A stretch of DNA of 64,000 nucleotides, taken from contig CAVYCN010000006.1 in NCBI GenBank assembly GCA_963767005.1, forward strand, positions 32,001-96,000, written 5' to 3'. The stretch comes from an uncultured Actinomycetes bacterium (lineage in GTDB: Bacteria; Actinomycetota; Thermoleophilia; UBA2241). A program made the position numbers and the translations under genes. Within the stretch, counting starts at the first letter, position 1, and each line of letters starts with the position of its first letter. A model generated the notes under the pieces. That model was not told the origin of the DNA. It saw nothing but the letters and a program-made list of their open reading frames with translations, and made no database searches. Below are positions 47,293 to 56,481 of this stretch, piece after piece.

Positions 47293-49718
47293 GCCCCGCC
47301 GTCCTGCGTCGGCTCCGCCGCGCTGCTCTGGCCGCGCAGGTAGGCGTCGATCGAGCGGGCCGCGGCCTTGCCGTCGCCCATCGCCAGGATCACGGTGGCG
47401 CCGCCGCGCACGATGTCGCCGCCGGCCCAGACGCCGGGCAGGCTGGTGGCGTGGTGCTCGTCGGTTGTGATGTTGCCCCAGCGGTTGGTGGCGATCTGCG
47501 GGGTGGCCTCGGTGAGCAGCGGGTTGGCCACCGTGCCCAGGGCCACGACCACGGCGTCGCAGGCCAGCTCGAACTCGGATCCGGGCAGCGGCACCGGCCG
47601 CCGCCGACCGGAGTCGTCGGGCTCGCCGAGCGCCATGCGCTGCAGGCGCACGGCGCGCACCCAGCCGCTCTGGTCGCCTTCGATGCCAAGCGGCGCCACG
47701 AGGAAGTGGAAGTCGATGCCCTCCTCTTCGGCGTGAGCGATCTCCTCGATGCGGGCCGGCATCTCGGCGCGCGTGCGCCGGTAGGCGCAGATCGCCGCCG
47801 CGGCGCCCAGGCGCTTGGCGGTGCGCACCGAGTCCATCGCCACGTTGCCGCCGCCGAAGACCACGACGCGGGCGGCGCGCATGATCGGCGTGCCGCCCTC
47901 GCGCTCCTGCCAGGCGCCCATGAGGTTGACCCGGGTCAGGTACTCGTTGGCCGAGTAGACGCCCTTCAGGTTCTCGCCGGGCACGTTTAAGAACATCGGC
48001 AGGCCGGCGCCGTTGGCCACAAAGACGGCGTCGAACTGGGCGGCGAGCTGGTCGACGGTGAGGGTGCGCCCGACGATCACGTCGCACTCGATCTCGACCC
48101 CCAGGCGGCGCAGGTTGGCGACCTCGGCATCGACGATCTTCTTGGGCAGGCGGAACTCGGGGATGCCGTAGCGCAGCACGCCGCCGGTGTCGTGCAAGGC
48201 CTCGAAGACGTGGACCTTGTGTCCGGCGCGGGCGAGCTCGCCGGCCACGGTCAGCCCACCGGGGCCGGCGCCCACCACGGCGACGTTCTTGCCGGAGGGC
48301 GTGACCTCGGGGACCTCGAAGGGCAGGTGCTCGGCGGCCCAGTCGGCCACGAAGCGCTCGAGCCAGCCGATCGCCACGGGCTCGCCCTTCTTGCCGCGCA
48401 GGCAGACGCCCTCGCACTGGGTCTCCTGGGGGCAGACCCGGCCGGTGGTGGCCGGCAGGGCGTTGTCGGTGAGCAGCAGCTGGGCGGCGGCGGCGAAGTC
48501 GGCGGCCGCCAGGGCGGTCAGGAAGGCGGGGATGCGCACCTCGACCGGGCAGCCGGCCACGCAGGGTGAGTTCTTGCAGGCCAGGCAGCGGTTGGCCTCG
48601 CGGATCGCGTCGGCGGCCGTCAGGCCGAGGTTGACCTCGCTGAAGTTGTGGGCGCGCCGGGCGGCGTCCTGGGCCGGCATGGCGACGCGGCCGATCGCCA
48701 TGCGCTGCTTGGCCGTCAGGGGGGCGCCGGGGACCAGTTCGACCTCGGGGGTCGCGGGGGCGGGCTCGGGCGCGGCGGCGGGGGTCGCGGCTGCGGCTCT
48801 GGGAGTCGCGCCAGGGGCAGGCTCGGCGACCGCGGCGGACGGGGCCGGGGCGGTGGAAACAGGAGCGGCGTCGGCCTCGACCAGGGCGTCGGCGGCGGCC
48901 ACCAGGCGGCAGCCGTGGCTGTCGAGCTCGTGGTAGGTGGCCTGGCGGCCGGCGAGCTCGTCGAAGTCGACGAGCAGGCCGTCGAACTCGGGGCCGTCGA
49001 CGCAGGCGAAGCGGGTCTGGCCGCCGACCGTGACGCGACAGCCGCCGCACATGCCGGTGCCGTCGACCATGAGCGGGTTGAGGCTGACCACGGTCGCGGT
49101 CGCGGTCTTGGCGGTGAGGGCACAGACGGCCTTCATCATGGGCACCGGACCGACGGCATAGACGGCCGCCGGATGGCGCTCGCCGGTCTCGGCCAGCAGC
49201 CGCGCCAGCGGCGCCGTGACAAAGCCGGTCTCGCCCAGGGAGCCGTCTTCGGTCGTCAGATAGAGCTCTGATGAGAAGGCGCCGAGCTCGTCGGCCAGCA
49301 CCACGTAGGGGGCGCTGCGCCCGCCGATGATCGTGATGAGCTCGTTGCCGGCGGCGGCCAGGGCCTTGGCCAGCGGGTAGAGCACGGCGGTGCCGGCCCC
49401 GCCGCCCACGCAGACCACCCGGCCGAGGCGGGCGATGTGGGTGGGCTGACCCAAAGGTCCGGCCACGTCGGCCAGCTCGCCGCCGGCGGCCACGGCGCAG
49501 ATGCGCTCGGTGCTGATGCCGACGGCCTGGATGATGAGCGTGATGGTGCCCTCTTCGGGGTCGTCGTCGGCGATCGTCAGGGGGATGCGCTCGTCGCCCG
49601 GGGCGGCGCGCACGATGACGAACTGGCCGGGCTTGCGCGAGCGGGCCACGCGCGGCGCCGAGACGATCAGGCGGTGCAGGCGAGGAGCGATCTCCTCGTT
49701 GGAGAGGACTTCGAACAT
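47289..49718 (-). CDS. Fused NfnA-NfnB transhydrogenase
   Basis: N-terminal NfnA (ERIPLTIAD, MVDGTGMCGGCR), Ala/Pro linker, C-terminal NfnB (EANRCLAC, GRVCPQETQCE, GGGNVAMDS). Confidence 0.9.
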   Translation of the reverse strand: MFEVLSNEEIAPRLHRLIVSAPRVARSRKPGQFVIVRAAPGDERIPLTIADDDPEEGTITLIIQAVGISTERICAVAAGGELADVAGPLGQPTHIARLGRVVCVGGGAGTAVLYPLAKALAAAGNELITIIGGRSAPYVVLADELGAFSSELYLTTEDGSLGETGFVTAPLARLLAETGERHPAAVYAVGPVPMMKAVCALTAKTATATVVSLNPLMVDGTGMCGGCRVTVGGQTRFACVDGPEFDGLLVDFDELAGRQATYHELDSHGCRLVAAADALVEADAAPVSTAPAPSAAVAEPAPGATPRAAAATPAAAPEPAPATPEVELVPGAPLTAKQRMAIGRVAMPAQDAARRAHNFSEVNLGLTAADAIREANRCLACKNSPCVAGCPVEVRIPAFLTALAAADFAAAAQLLLTDNALPATTGRVCPQETQCEGVCLRGKKGEPVAIGWLERFVADWAAEHLPFEVPEVTPSGKNVAVVGAGPGGLTVAGELARAGHKVHVFEALHDTGGVLRYGIPEFRLPKKIVDAEVANLRRLGVEIECDVIVGRTLTVDQLAAQFDAVFVANGAGLPMFLNVPGENLKGVYSANEYLTRVNLMGAWQEREGGTPIMRAARVVVFGGGNVAMDSVRTAKRLGAAAAICAYRRTRAEMPARIEEIAHAEEEGIDFHFLVAPLGIEGDQSGWVRAVRLQRMALGEPDDSGRRRPVPLPGSEFELACDAVVVALGTVANPLLTEATPQIATNRWGNITTDEHHATSLPGVWAGGDIVRGGATVILAMGDGKAAARSIDAYLRGQSSAAEPTQDGGA

Positions 49719-49997
49719 GCCGACCTCGCGTTCGCTGACCGGGCAGATGGCGGACGGCTGCCGCCGCGGCGACGAGCGCCGTGCGAACCTCGCGAGGGTG
49801 GACGAACCACCCCGGCCGCCCGGGTGCCAATGTTATCGTCGCGGCGCCGCCGGCGCGAGCGCGGCGTCCGCACCCGGACGGCTTCTCGCTGCAATCGACC
49901 GCGAACAGCGTCGGCTTCGAGCGCGCTCAACGGCTACCACAGGGCGAGCCGACGGAGTACCATCGAGGGGTGAACCGAGCCATGGAAGGGGGTCACT

Positions 49998-50201
49998 ATG
50001 CCCGTCTGTTGCCCCTACTGCGGGTGCACGCTCGACGCTCCACCCAAGGCGCCCGAGGAGTGTCCGACCTGCCACGGGACGATGCACTTCGAGTGGGTCG
50101 CCGGCACGAGCGAACGATGCCTCATGACCGACGAGCAGTGCAACGACAACGAGAGAGCCTGGCAGAAGTGTGACGTGAGGGCGACGCGGCGCCTCGGCTA
50201 G
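49998..50201 (+). CDS. Small Cys-rich zinc-ribbon-like protein
   Basis: CPYCG...CPTCH, 9 Cys in 67 aa, purine-rich RBS. Confidence 0.6.
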   Translation: MPVCCPYCGCTLDAPPKAPEECPTCHGTMHFEWVAGTSERCLMTDEQCNDNERAWQKCDVRATRRLG

Positions 50202-50309
50202 CCCGGCGCCTGCCCTCGACAGCCTCCTCTTCGCCCCTCGTCCCAGACCGCGGCGGCCACCGTCCGGCCGTCCGGTAAAGACCTTCGCGCGGCGACCGAT
50301 ACATCAGGC

Positions 50310-51371
50310 ATGGACCGGTCGAGGCGCAGGCGCACCCTCTCGACGGCGGCCGCCGTCGTGCTGGGCATCGCCGTGCTGTTCGGCACGGTCGCGATGTCGA
50401 GCGCGCGCGCCGACCAGGCGATCGTCGCCGTCCAGACGCCCAAGACCCTCGCCGGCCTCGAGACCGCGGCTCACGCCCAGCGCCTGCAGATGGCCCGGCT
50501 CGAGGCCCAGATGCAGGTCATCCACCGCGCGTACGAGGCGGCCGAGGCGCACCTGACCGCCATCGACGCCAGCCTGTCCCAGACGCGCCTCGAGTACTCC
50601 CAGACGCAGACCGACCTGCAGCAGGAGAGCGCCCTGCTCGGCGCCCGCCTGGCGGCCATGTACAAGATGGGGTCGTTCTCGTTCCTCGACGTGCTCGCCG
50701 GCTCGGCCAGCCTCGACCAGGTGCAGACCCAGATCACCTTCTACCGCAAGCTCACCGAGCAGGACGGCCGCACCGAGGCGACCGTGGCCGCCCTGAACGA
50801 CCAGGTCGGCCACCTCGCCGCCGCGCTCACCACGAAGCGCGCGGGCGCCGAGGCCGCCCAGCAGGCGGTCGACGCCCAGCGCCTCGCCATGTCCGACAAG
50901 ATCGCGCAGCGGCGCGCCATCCTCGAGAACCTCGTCGGTCAGATCGAGAAGATCATCGACCGCGGCCGGCCCAGCGGCGGCACCCTCTCCCCCGTGCCCC
51001 TGTCGAACAGCTACACGCCCATCACCTGGGCCAAGGCGCTGCTCGAGCAGCTCGGTATGCCGCTCACGAGCCAGAACGTGGCCGCGGTCACCGCCTGGGA
51101 GCTCGCCGAGGGCGGCCACTGGCACAACACCGCCCACTACAACCCGCTCGATACCACCATGCCCGAGCCTGGCGCCACCTCGATGAACTCAGTCGGGGTG
51201 AAGGCCTACGTGAGCTGGGCGCAGGGATTCGTGGCGACGATCGCCACTCTGCGCAACGGCTACTACGGGCAGATCCTCGCGGCGCTGCGGGCCGGCGACA
51301 ACGCCTACGCGGTGGCCGACGCGGTGGCCGCCTCGCCCTGGGGCACAGGCAACTTCAGCGGCCTGCTCTAG
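50310..51371 (+). CDS. Secreted coiled-coil protein with a C-terminal lysozyme-like (peptidoglycan hydrolase) domain
   Basis: Signal peptide ..ARAD, CwlO/PcsB-like coiled coil (AAMYKMG...LDVL), WELAEGG...YNPLDTT. Confidence 0.7.
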   Translation: MDRSRRRRTLSTAAAVVLGIAVLFGTVAMSSARADQAIVAVQTPKTLAGLETAAHAQRLQMARLEAQMQVIHRAYEAAEAHLTAIDASLSQTRLEYSQTQTDLQQESALLGARLAAMYKMGSFSFLDVLAGSASLDQVQTQITFYRKLTEQDGRTEATVAALNDQVGHLAAALTTKRAGAEAAQQAVDAQRLAMSDKIAQRRAILENLVGQIEKIIDRGRPSGGTLSPVPLSNSYTPITWAKALLEQLGMPLTSQNVAAVTAWELAEGGHWHNTAHYNPLDTTMPEPGATSMNSVGVKAYVSWAQGFVATIATLRNGYYGQILAALRAGDNAYAVADAVAASPWGTGNFSGLL

Positions 51372-51467
51372 GGAACGGGCAAACGCGCAGGCGGGAGCTC
51401 GAAGGAACGAGCGAACGTCGGAGCGGGACTGCGGGGAACGAGCGAACGCCGGGGCGGGAGCTCCCCC
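51372..51467. repeat. Degenerate ~31-bp tandem repeat x3
   Basis: GGAACGRGCRAACG...GCGGGA at about 51372, 51404 and 51435. Confidence 0.65.
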
Positions 51468-51637
51468 GCGCGCGAGGCGCGAGTGTGGAGCTTTCTCTGG
51501 AGGACGACCTCCCCACAGCGGTTTACGACCCGAAGGCCTTCGTCCCGCACACGCCCGGCGTCCACTCGTCCGCTTGATACCCGGCGCCCGGCGCTTTGCA
51601 GCGCCGGGCGCCGTTCGCCGCGGAGATGCCCGCCCGC

Positions 51638-52414
51638 CTACGTGGTGACCACGATCGTCCTGCGGCGGTAGACGGCCACCGACAGAAGGTACGAGACGAC
51701 GAGGATGCCGAGGATCCACGCCAGCGCCGCCCAGACCCTGGGACCAGCCGTCCCGTCGACCAGCAGTGAACGCATCGTCTCGACCACCGGCGTCATCGGC
51801 TGGTGCTCGGCAAAGCCCCGCAGCCAGGGCCTCATGGAGCTCGTCGGCACGAACGCGGGGCTGATGAAGATGAACAGGAGCAGCACGTAGCTGAACGCGC
51901 CGGCCCCCTCCACCGTCTTGGCGAGCAGACCGAAGAAGATGGCCAGCCAGGTCGTCGCGAGCGTGAACAGCAGCAGAATCGCGGCAAAGACCAGCCACGC
52001 CACCACGCCGGCGTGTGACCGGAAGCCGATCGCGAACGCGACCGACAGGACCACCAGGGACGAGAAGAGGTTGGACAGGGTGGACGACGCCACCTGCCCT
52101 CCGAGGATCGACGACGGCGCGAGCGGCATCGTCCTGAAGCGATTGATGATGCCGCTCTGCACGTCCATGCTGAGGCGCACCGCGGCGTACGCAATGCCGC
52201 TCACGACCGTCATGACGACGATGCCCGGCACGATGAAGTCGACGTAACTGGCCGCGCCCGTCTGCCGTCCCACCGCCCCGCCCCACACGTAGACGAACAG
52301 CAGCATGAGTGCGATCGGCATCAGCAGCACGGTGATGATGGTGTCGGGACTGCGCGTGATATGGCGCAGGCTGCGCTTGGCCAGGGTCCAGGTGTCTGCG
52401 AGCGCGCGCGTCAT
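51638..52414 (-). CDS. ABC-2 permease (DrrB-like)
   Basis: YVDFIVPGI, GIINRFRTMP, FISPAFVPT. Confidence 0.9.
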   Translation of the reverse strand: MTRALADTWTLAKRSLRHITRSPDTIITVLLMPIALMLLFVYVWGGAVGRQTGAASYVDFIVPGIVVMTVVSGIAYAAVRLSMDVQSGIINRFRTMPLAPSSILGGQVASSTLSNLFSSLVVLSVAFAIGFRSHAGVVAWLVFAAILLLFTLATTWLAIFFGLLAKTVEGAGAFSYVLLLFIFISPAFVPTSSMRPWLRGFAEHQPMTPVVETMRSLLVDGTAGPRVWAALAWILGILVVSYLLSVAVYRRRTIVVTT

Positions 52415-53373
52415 CGCTCCTCCCCCCCGTCGGCGCCGGTCATCTTGAGGAACACGTCGTCGAGTGTGGCCACCTTCTGGGAGAACTCGGTCGGCTCGAT
52501 CCGAGCGTCCTCGAGCGCCGCGAAGACGCGGGCGACCTGAGCCGCGGAGCCGTCCGTGGCGATCGTCAGCCGCGCGCCCTCGCGTCTGGCCGGCGCGTAG
52601 CCCTTGCCGAGCGCCGCACCGGCGGCGTCACGGGTCTCGTCGTCGGGGAACGTCAGCTCGATCAGCCCGCCCGGCACGAGCTTCTTCAGCTCGCCGGCCG
52701 TTCCGCGGGCGACGATCCCGCCCTGGTGCAGGACCGCGATGTCGTCGGCGAGCTCGTCGGCCTCGTCGAGATACTGTGTCGTCAGGAACACCGTGGTCCC
52801 GCCCGCGGCCAGCGTGCGGATCGTGCGCCACATCTCGTTGCGGGCCGCCGGGTCGAAGCCGCTGGTAGGCTCGTCCAGGAAGATGACGGCAGGACTGCCG
52901 ATCAGGCTCATGGCGATGTCGAGGCGCCGGCGCATGCCACCCGAGAACGTCGACACAGCGCGATCGGCCGCCTCCTCCAGGCCGAACCGCCGCAGCAGGT
53001 CGGCGGCCGTCCCGGCGGAGTCGGCGACGTGGCGCAGGTCACCGATCAGCAGCAGGTTCTCGCGGCCGGTCAGACGGTTGTCGACGGCGGCGAACTGCCC
53101 CGTCAGACTGATCTCGCCGCGCACCTTGCCCGGCCGGGCGGCGACGTCGTAGCCGGCCACCGTGGCCGTGCCGCCGTCGGCTTTGATGAGGGTCGTCAGG
53201 ATGTTGATCGTCGTCGTTTTGCCGGCGCCGTTGCTGCCCAGCAGGGCGAAGACCGTCCCTCTCTGCACGCTGAAGCTGAGGTCCTTCAGCACCGAGACGT
53301 TGTTGTACGACTTGCTGAGCGACCTGGCCTGGATGGCCGTCTCCGCGGCGAGCGAGGCGCTCAGGCTGCTCAT
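52411..53373 (-). CDS. ABC ATPase (DrrA-like)
   Basis: GSNGAGKTT, FSGGMRRRLDIA, LTTQYLDEA. ATG 53373. Confidence 0.92.
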   Translation of the reverse strand: MSSLSASLAAETAIQARSLSKSYNNVSVLKDLSFSVQRGTVFALLGSNGAGKTTTINILTTLIKADGGTATVAGYDVAARPGKVRGEISLTGQFAAVDNRLTGRENLLLIGDLRHVADSAGTAADLLRRFGLEEAADRAVSTFSGGMRRRLDIAMSLIGSPAVIFLDEPTSGFDPAARNEMWRTIRTLAAGGTTVFLTTQYLDEADELADDIAVLHQGGIVARGTAGELKKLVPGGLIELTFPDDETRDAAGAALGKGYAPARREGARLTIATDGSAAQVARVFAALEDARIEPTEFSQKVATLDDVFLKMTGADGGEER

Positions 53374-54143
53374 ACCGAGCGCTGGTAGGCGCGGAACGCG
53401 CGGGTGGCGATCCAGGTGCAGACCACGGAGAACACCAGCAGATACAGGGTATGGCTGAGCACGCCGCTCGACCCGGGGCCGTTCATGAGCGCCGTGCGGC
53501 CCGCCTGGATCGCCCAGTTGGCCGGGTTGTACCGGGCGATGTCCTGGATCCACTGGGGCGCCAGGTCCTGCTGCAGGAAGGCCGACGACAGGAAGATCAG
53601 CGGCAGCAGGAGCATGTTGACCGCCGCGATCACCGACTCCTCCTTGCGCAGCAGCAGGGCGACGCCGTTCGACAGCGAGGCGACGCCGATCGACAGCAGG
53701 GCCGAGACGACGATCAGCACGGCGACGCCGCCCCAGCCGCCGGCGAAGCGACCGCCCACGAGCAGCGCAAGGCCCACGATGATGGCGGTCTGGATGAGGA
53801 TGGTCAGCACCTGCGGCGTGACCCGGCCCAGCATGATCGCGCCGCGGCTCGTCGGCGCCACGAGGAACCGGTCCATGACGCCGCGGTCGAGATCGTCGAT
53901 CACGCCCATGCCGCTCCAGCCGCCGGCGAACATGGCGCTCATGACGACGATGCCCGGCGTGAGGAACGTGATGTAGGAGTGCGTGGCAAAGCCGGGGATC
54001 TCGACGACCTTCTTGAACAGGGCGCCGAAGAGCAGCAGGTAGATGATCGGTTGCGCCAGCGAGAGACCCACGAACCAGGGCTGGCGCAGGAAGTTGCGTA
54101 CCTGGCGCGCGGTCAGGTAGAGCGTGTGGCGCAATGCTGTCAT
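53370..54143 (-). CDS. ABC-2 permease (DrrB-like)
   Basis: LAQPIIYLLLFG, YITFLTPGI, GVMDRFLVAP. ATG 54143. Confidence 0.9.
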   Translation of the reverse strand: MTALRHTLYLTARQVRNFLRQPWFVGLSLAQPIIYLLLFGALFKKVVEIPGFATHSYITFLTPGIVVMSAMFAGGWSGMGVIDDLDRGVMDRFLVAPTSRGAIMLGRVTPQVLTILIQTAIIVGLALLVGGRFAGGWGGVAVLIVVSALLSIGVASLSNGVALLLRKEESVIAAVNMLLLPLIFLSSAFLQQDLAPQWIQDIARYNPANWAIQAGRTALMNGPGSSGVLSHTLYLLVFSVVCTWIATRAFRAYQRSV

Positions 54144-55120
54144 CGGACCACCTCCGCGGCCGTGTCGGCGTCGGCGAAGCGCCGACCGGTGTACTTCAGA
54201 TAGACGTCGTCGAGCGAGGGCCGGGCGACCGTGACCGAGACCACCGGCACGCCCTGCGCCTCGAGGGCCTGGAGCATGACCGGCACCGCGCGAGCGCCGT
54301 CGTCGGCGCGGGCATGCACGATCCGGCCGTCCTCGATCGTCACGTCGCGGACGCTTTCGACGCGGCCCAGGGCCGCCGTCACGCGACCGTTGGCATCGGC
54401 GACGCCGAGCTCGACGTGCACGGCGTCGCCGCGCAGCTCGCTCTTCAGGGCGTCGGGCGTGCCCTCGGCCACGATGCGCCCCTGGTCGACGATCGCCACG
54501 TGACGCGCCAGGCGGTCGGCCTCCTCCAGGTAGTGCGTGGTGAGCAGGATCGTGAGACCCTCCTCGGCGGCGAGGCGCTCGATCTCGCGCCACATGTCGG
54601 CGCGGGCCGCGGGGTCGAGCCCGGTGGTGGGCTCGTCCAGGAACAGCACGGCGGGCCGGTGGATCAGGCCCATGGCCACGTCGAGCTTGCGCTGCATGCC
54701 GCCCGAGTAGGTACGGGTGACGCGCCGCGCGGCGTCGGCCAGGTCGAAGCGCTCGAGCATGGCGTCGACGCGCGCCTCGAGCTCGCGACCCGTCATGCCG
54801 TACAGGCGGCCCTGCAGGCGCAGGTTCTCGCGCCCGGTGGCCTGCACGTCGACGCCCGACTTCTGCGCCACGGAGCCGATCGCGCGACGCACGCGGTCGG
54901 GGTGGCGCAGCACGTCGATGCCGGCCACCTGAGCCGCGCCCTCGTCGGGCCGTGACAGCGTCGTCAGGATCCGCACCGTGGTCGACTTCCCCGCCCCGTT
55001 CGGGCCGACGAGGCCGAACACGCTGCCCGGCTGCGCCTCGAAGCTCACGCCGTCCAAGGCGCGCACCCCCTTGGGGTACGTCTTCACCAATCCTTTCGCT
55101 GCGATCGCGGTGTCACTCAT
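54140..55120 (-). CDS. ABC ATPase (DrrA-like)
   Basis: GPNGAGKST, YSGGMQRKLDVA, LTTHYLEEA. Confidence 0.92.
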   Translation of the reverse strand: MSDTAIAAKGLVKTYPKGVRALDGVSFEAQPGSVFGLVGPNGAGKSTTVRILTTLSRPDEGAAQVAGIDVLRHPDRVRRAIGSVAQKSGVDVQATGRENLRLQGRLYGMTGRELEARVDAMLERFDLADAARRVTRTYSGGMQRKLDVAMGLIHRPAVLFLDEPTTGLDPAARADMWREIERLAAEEGLTILLTTHYLEEADRLARHVAIVDQGRIVAEGTPDALKSELRGDAVHVELGVADANGRVTAALGRVESVRDVTIEDGRIVHARADDGARAVPVMLQALEAQGVPVVSVTVARPSLDDVYLKYTGRRFADADTAAEVVR

Positions 55121-55196
55121 GCGTCGTCATCCTTCGCTCGCCGGCCGGTCCCGCGAATGCTCGCGGACCAGGCCGGAACGTTTCCAGAACGGTCAC

Positions 55197-55250
55197 AGTT
55201 TAGTTCCAAGATATTTTGAGTGTCAAACTTTTCTTCTGTGGTATATTCTC
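55197..55250. promoter_or_regulatory. AT-rich divergent promoter with a palindromic operator
   Basis: TTGACA-18-TAAACT on - strand (55226 to 55197). Palindrome TTTGAGTGTCAAA (55215-55227). TG-G-TATATT on + strand. Confidence 0.6.
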
Positions 55251-55279
55251 TCCATCTCTTCCCCGTTCTGGAGGCGACA

Positions 55280-56383
55280 TTGGCAAGCAAGGCGGACAAG
55301 CTGATCGACGAGGTCGGGGGGGAGCTCGGCGAGCTGCGCCGGGCGGCCGACAGCCTCGACGAGGCGGTCGCCACCAAGTTCGGGCTCAACCGCACCGACC
55401 TGCGCTGCCTGGGGATCATCTACCGCCGCGGCAGGGTGACGGCCGGCGAGCTCGCCGAGGAGAGCGGACTGTCGCCGGGCGCGATCACGACCGTGCTCGA
55501 CCGCATGGAGCGCGGCGGCTACGCGAACCGCGTGGCCGACCCCGCCGACCGCCGCCGCGTGCTCGTGACGTCGACCGCGGCGACCCGCGAGCTCGGCGCC
55601 CGCCTGTACGGCGAGGTCGAGCTCGCCGGACGCGCCCAGCTCGAGGGCGTCGCTCCCGACCACATCGAGGTGATCCGCGATTACCTGCGCGGCGTGCGGC
55701 TGTTCTACGAGGAGCTCGTGCGCAGCGTGCAGGGACCGGCGGACGCCGGCGGCGACGGCGCCGCCACCGTGACGGCGACCGACGCGAGCGCGCCGCTCGC
55801 CGGTGTCACTCTCGGCCGGCTGGTGATCGTCAAAGGCGCCGCGCGGGTGGACATCCGCGTCGACGACTCGCTGACCGATCTCTACCACGCGACCTTCGAC
55901 GCGCCCCCGCAGATCACGGTCGACGGCGGCACAGTCACGATCGGCCAGAAACGCCGTTTCCTGCCGTTCGACTGGCGGGTGGCCAGGACCGACCTCCGAC
56001 TCAACCCCGCCGTGCCCTGGGAGATCGCGCTCAAGGGCGGCATGTGGAAGCTGACGGCCGACCTCCGCGGCCTCGAGCTGCGCTCGCTCGACGTCGACGG
56101 CGGCGCGAGCGACGTCGAGATGTGGCTGCCGGCGCCGGCCGGCGTCGTGCCCGTGCGCATCTCCGGCGGTGCCAGCCACGTCCACCTCCACCGCCCCATG
56201 GGCTGCGCCCTGCGCGCCGACGTGAGCGGTGGCGCCAGTCAGATCGAGCTCGACAGCCGCGCGCAACACGCGATCGGCGGCCGCGGCCGCATCGAGACCC
56301 CGGACTTCGCCCAGGCGAGCGACGGTTACGAGCTGCGTTTCACCGGCGGTGCCAGCCACCTCGAGATCGACGTCGCCAGGTAG
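55280..56383 (+). CDS. MarR regulator fused to a C-terminal beta-repeat (DUF4097/LiaF-like) domain
   Basis: TTG start after GGAGG. GLNRTDLRCL...DPADRRRV, then repeated xxGGAS beta units. Confidence 0.8.
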   Translation: MASKADKLIDEVGGELGELRRAADSLDEAVATKFGLNRTDLRCLGIIYRRGRVTAGELAEESGLSPGAITTVLDRMERGGYANRVADPADRRRVLVTSTAATRELGARLYGEVELAGRAQLEGVAPDHIEVIRDYLRGVRLFYEELVRSVQGPADAGGDGAATVTATDASAPLAGVTLGRLVIVKGAARVDIRVDDSLTDLYHATFDAPPQITVDGGTVTIGQKRRFLPFDWRVARTDLRLNPAVPWEIALKGGMWKLTADLRGLELRSLDVDGGASDVEMWLPAPAGVVPVRISGGASHVHLHRPMGCALRADVSGGASQIELDSRAQHAIGGRGRIETPDFAQASDGYELRFTGGASHLEIDVAR

Positions 56384-56391
56384 GAGCCCGC

Positions 56392-56430
56392 AAGCGACGA
56401 GGGCGGGGTACTCCGGCGCCCCCGTCGCTT
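56392..56430. terminator. Hairpin between convergent genes
   Basis: AAGCGACGAGGGCG ... CGCCCCCGTCGCTT inverted repeat. Confidence 0.5.
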
Positions 56431-56481
56431 CGCGCCTTCACCGACCGGCCGGCGGGTGCGCTCCGGCCGTCCGAGCCGACG

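Noticed and set aside
49998-51371. Amber read-through fusing the zinc-ribbon ORF to the hydrolase (in frame, 36 codons, no stop)
   Set aside because: The linker has poor codon usage and the fusion would bury a signal peptide. Such an open frame is likely by chance in GC-rich DNA.
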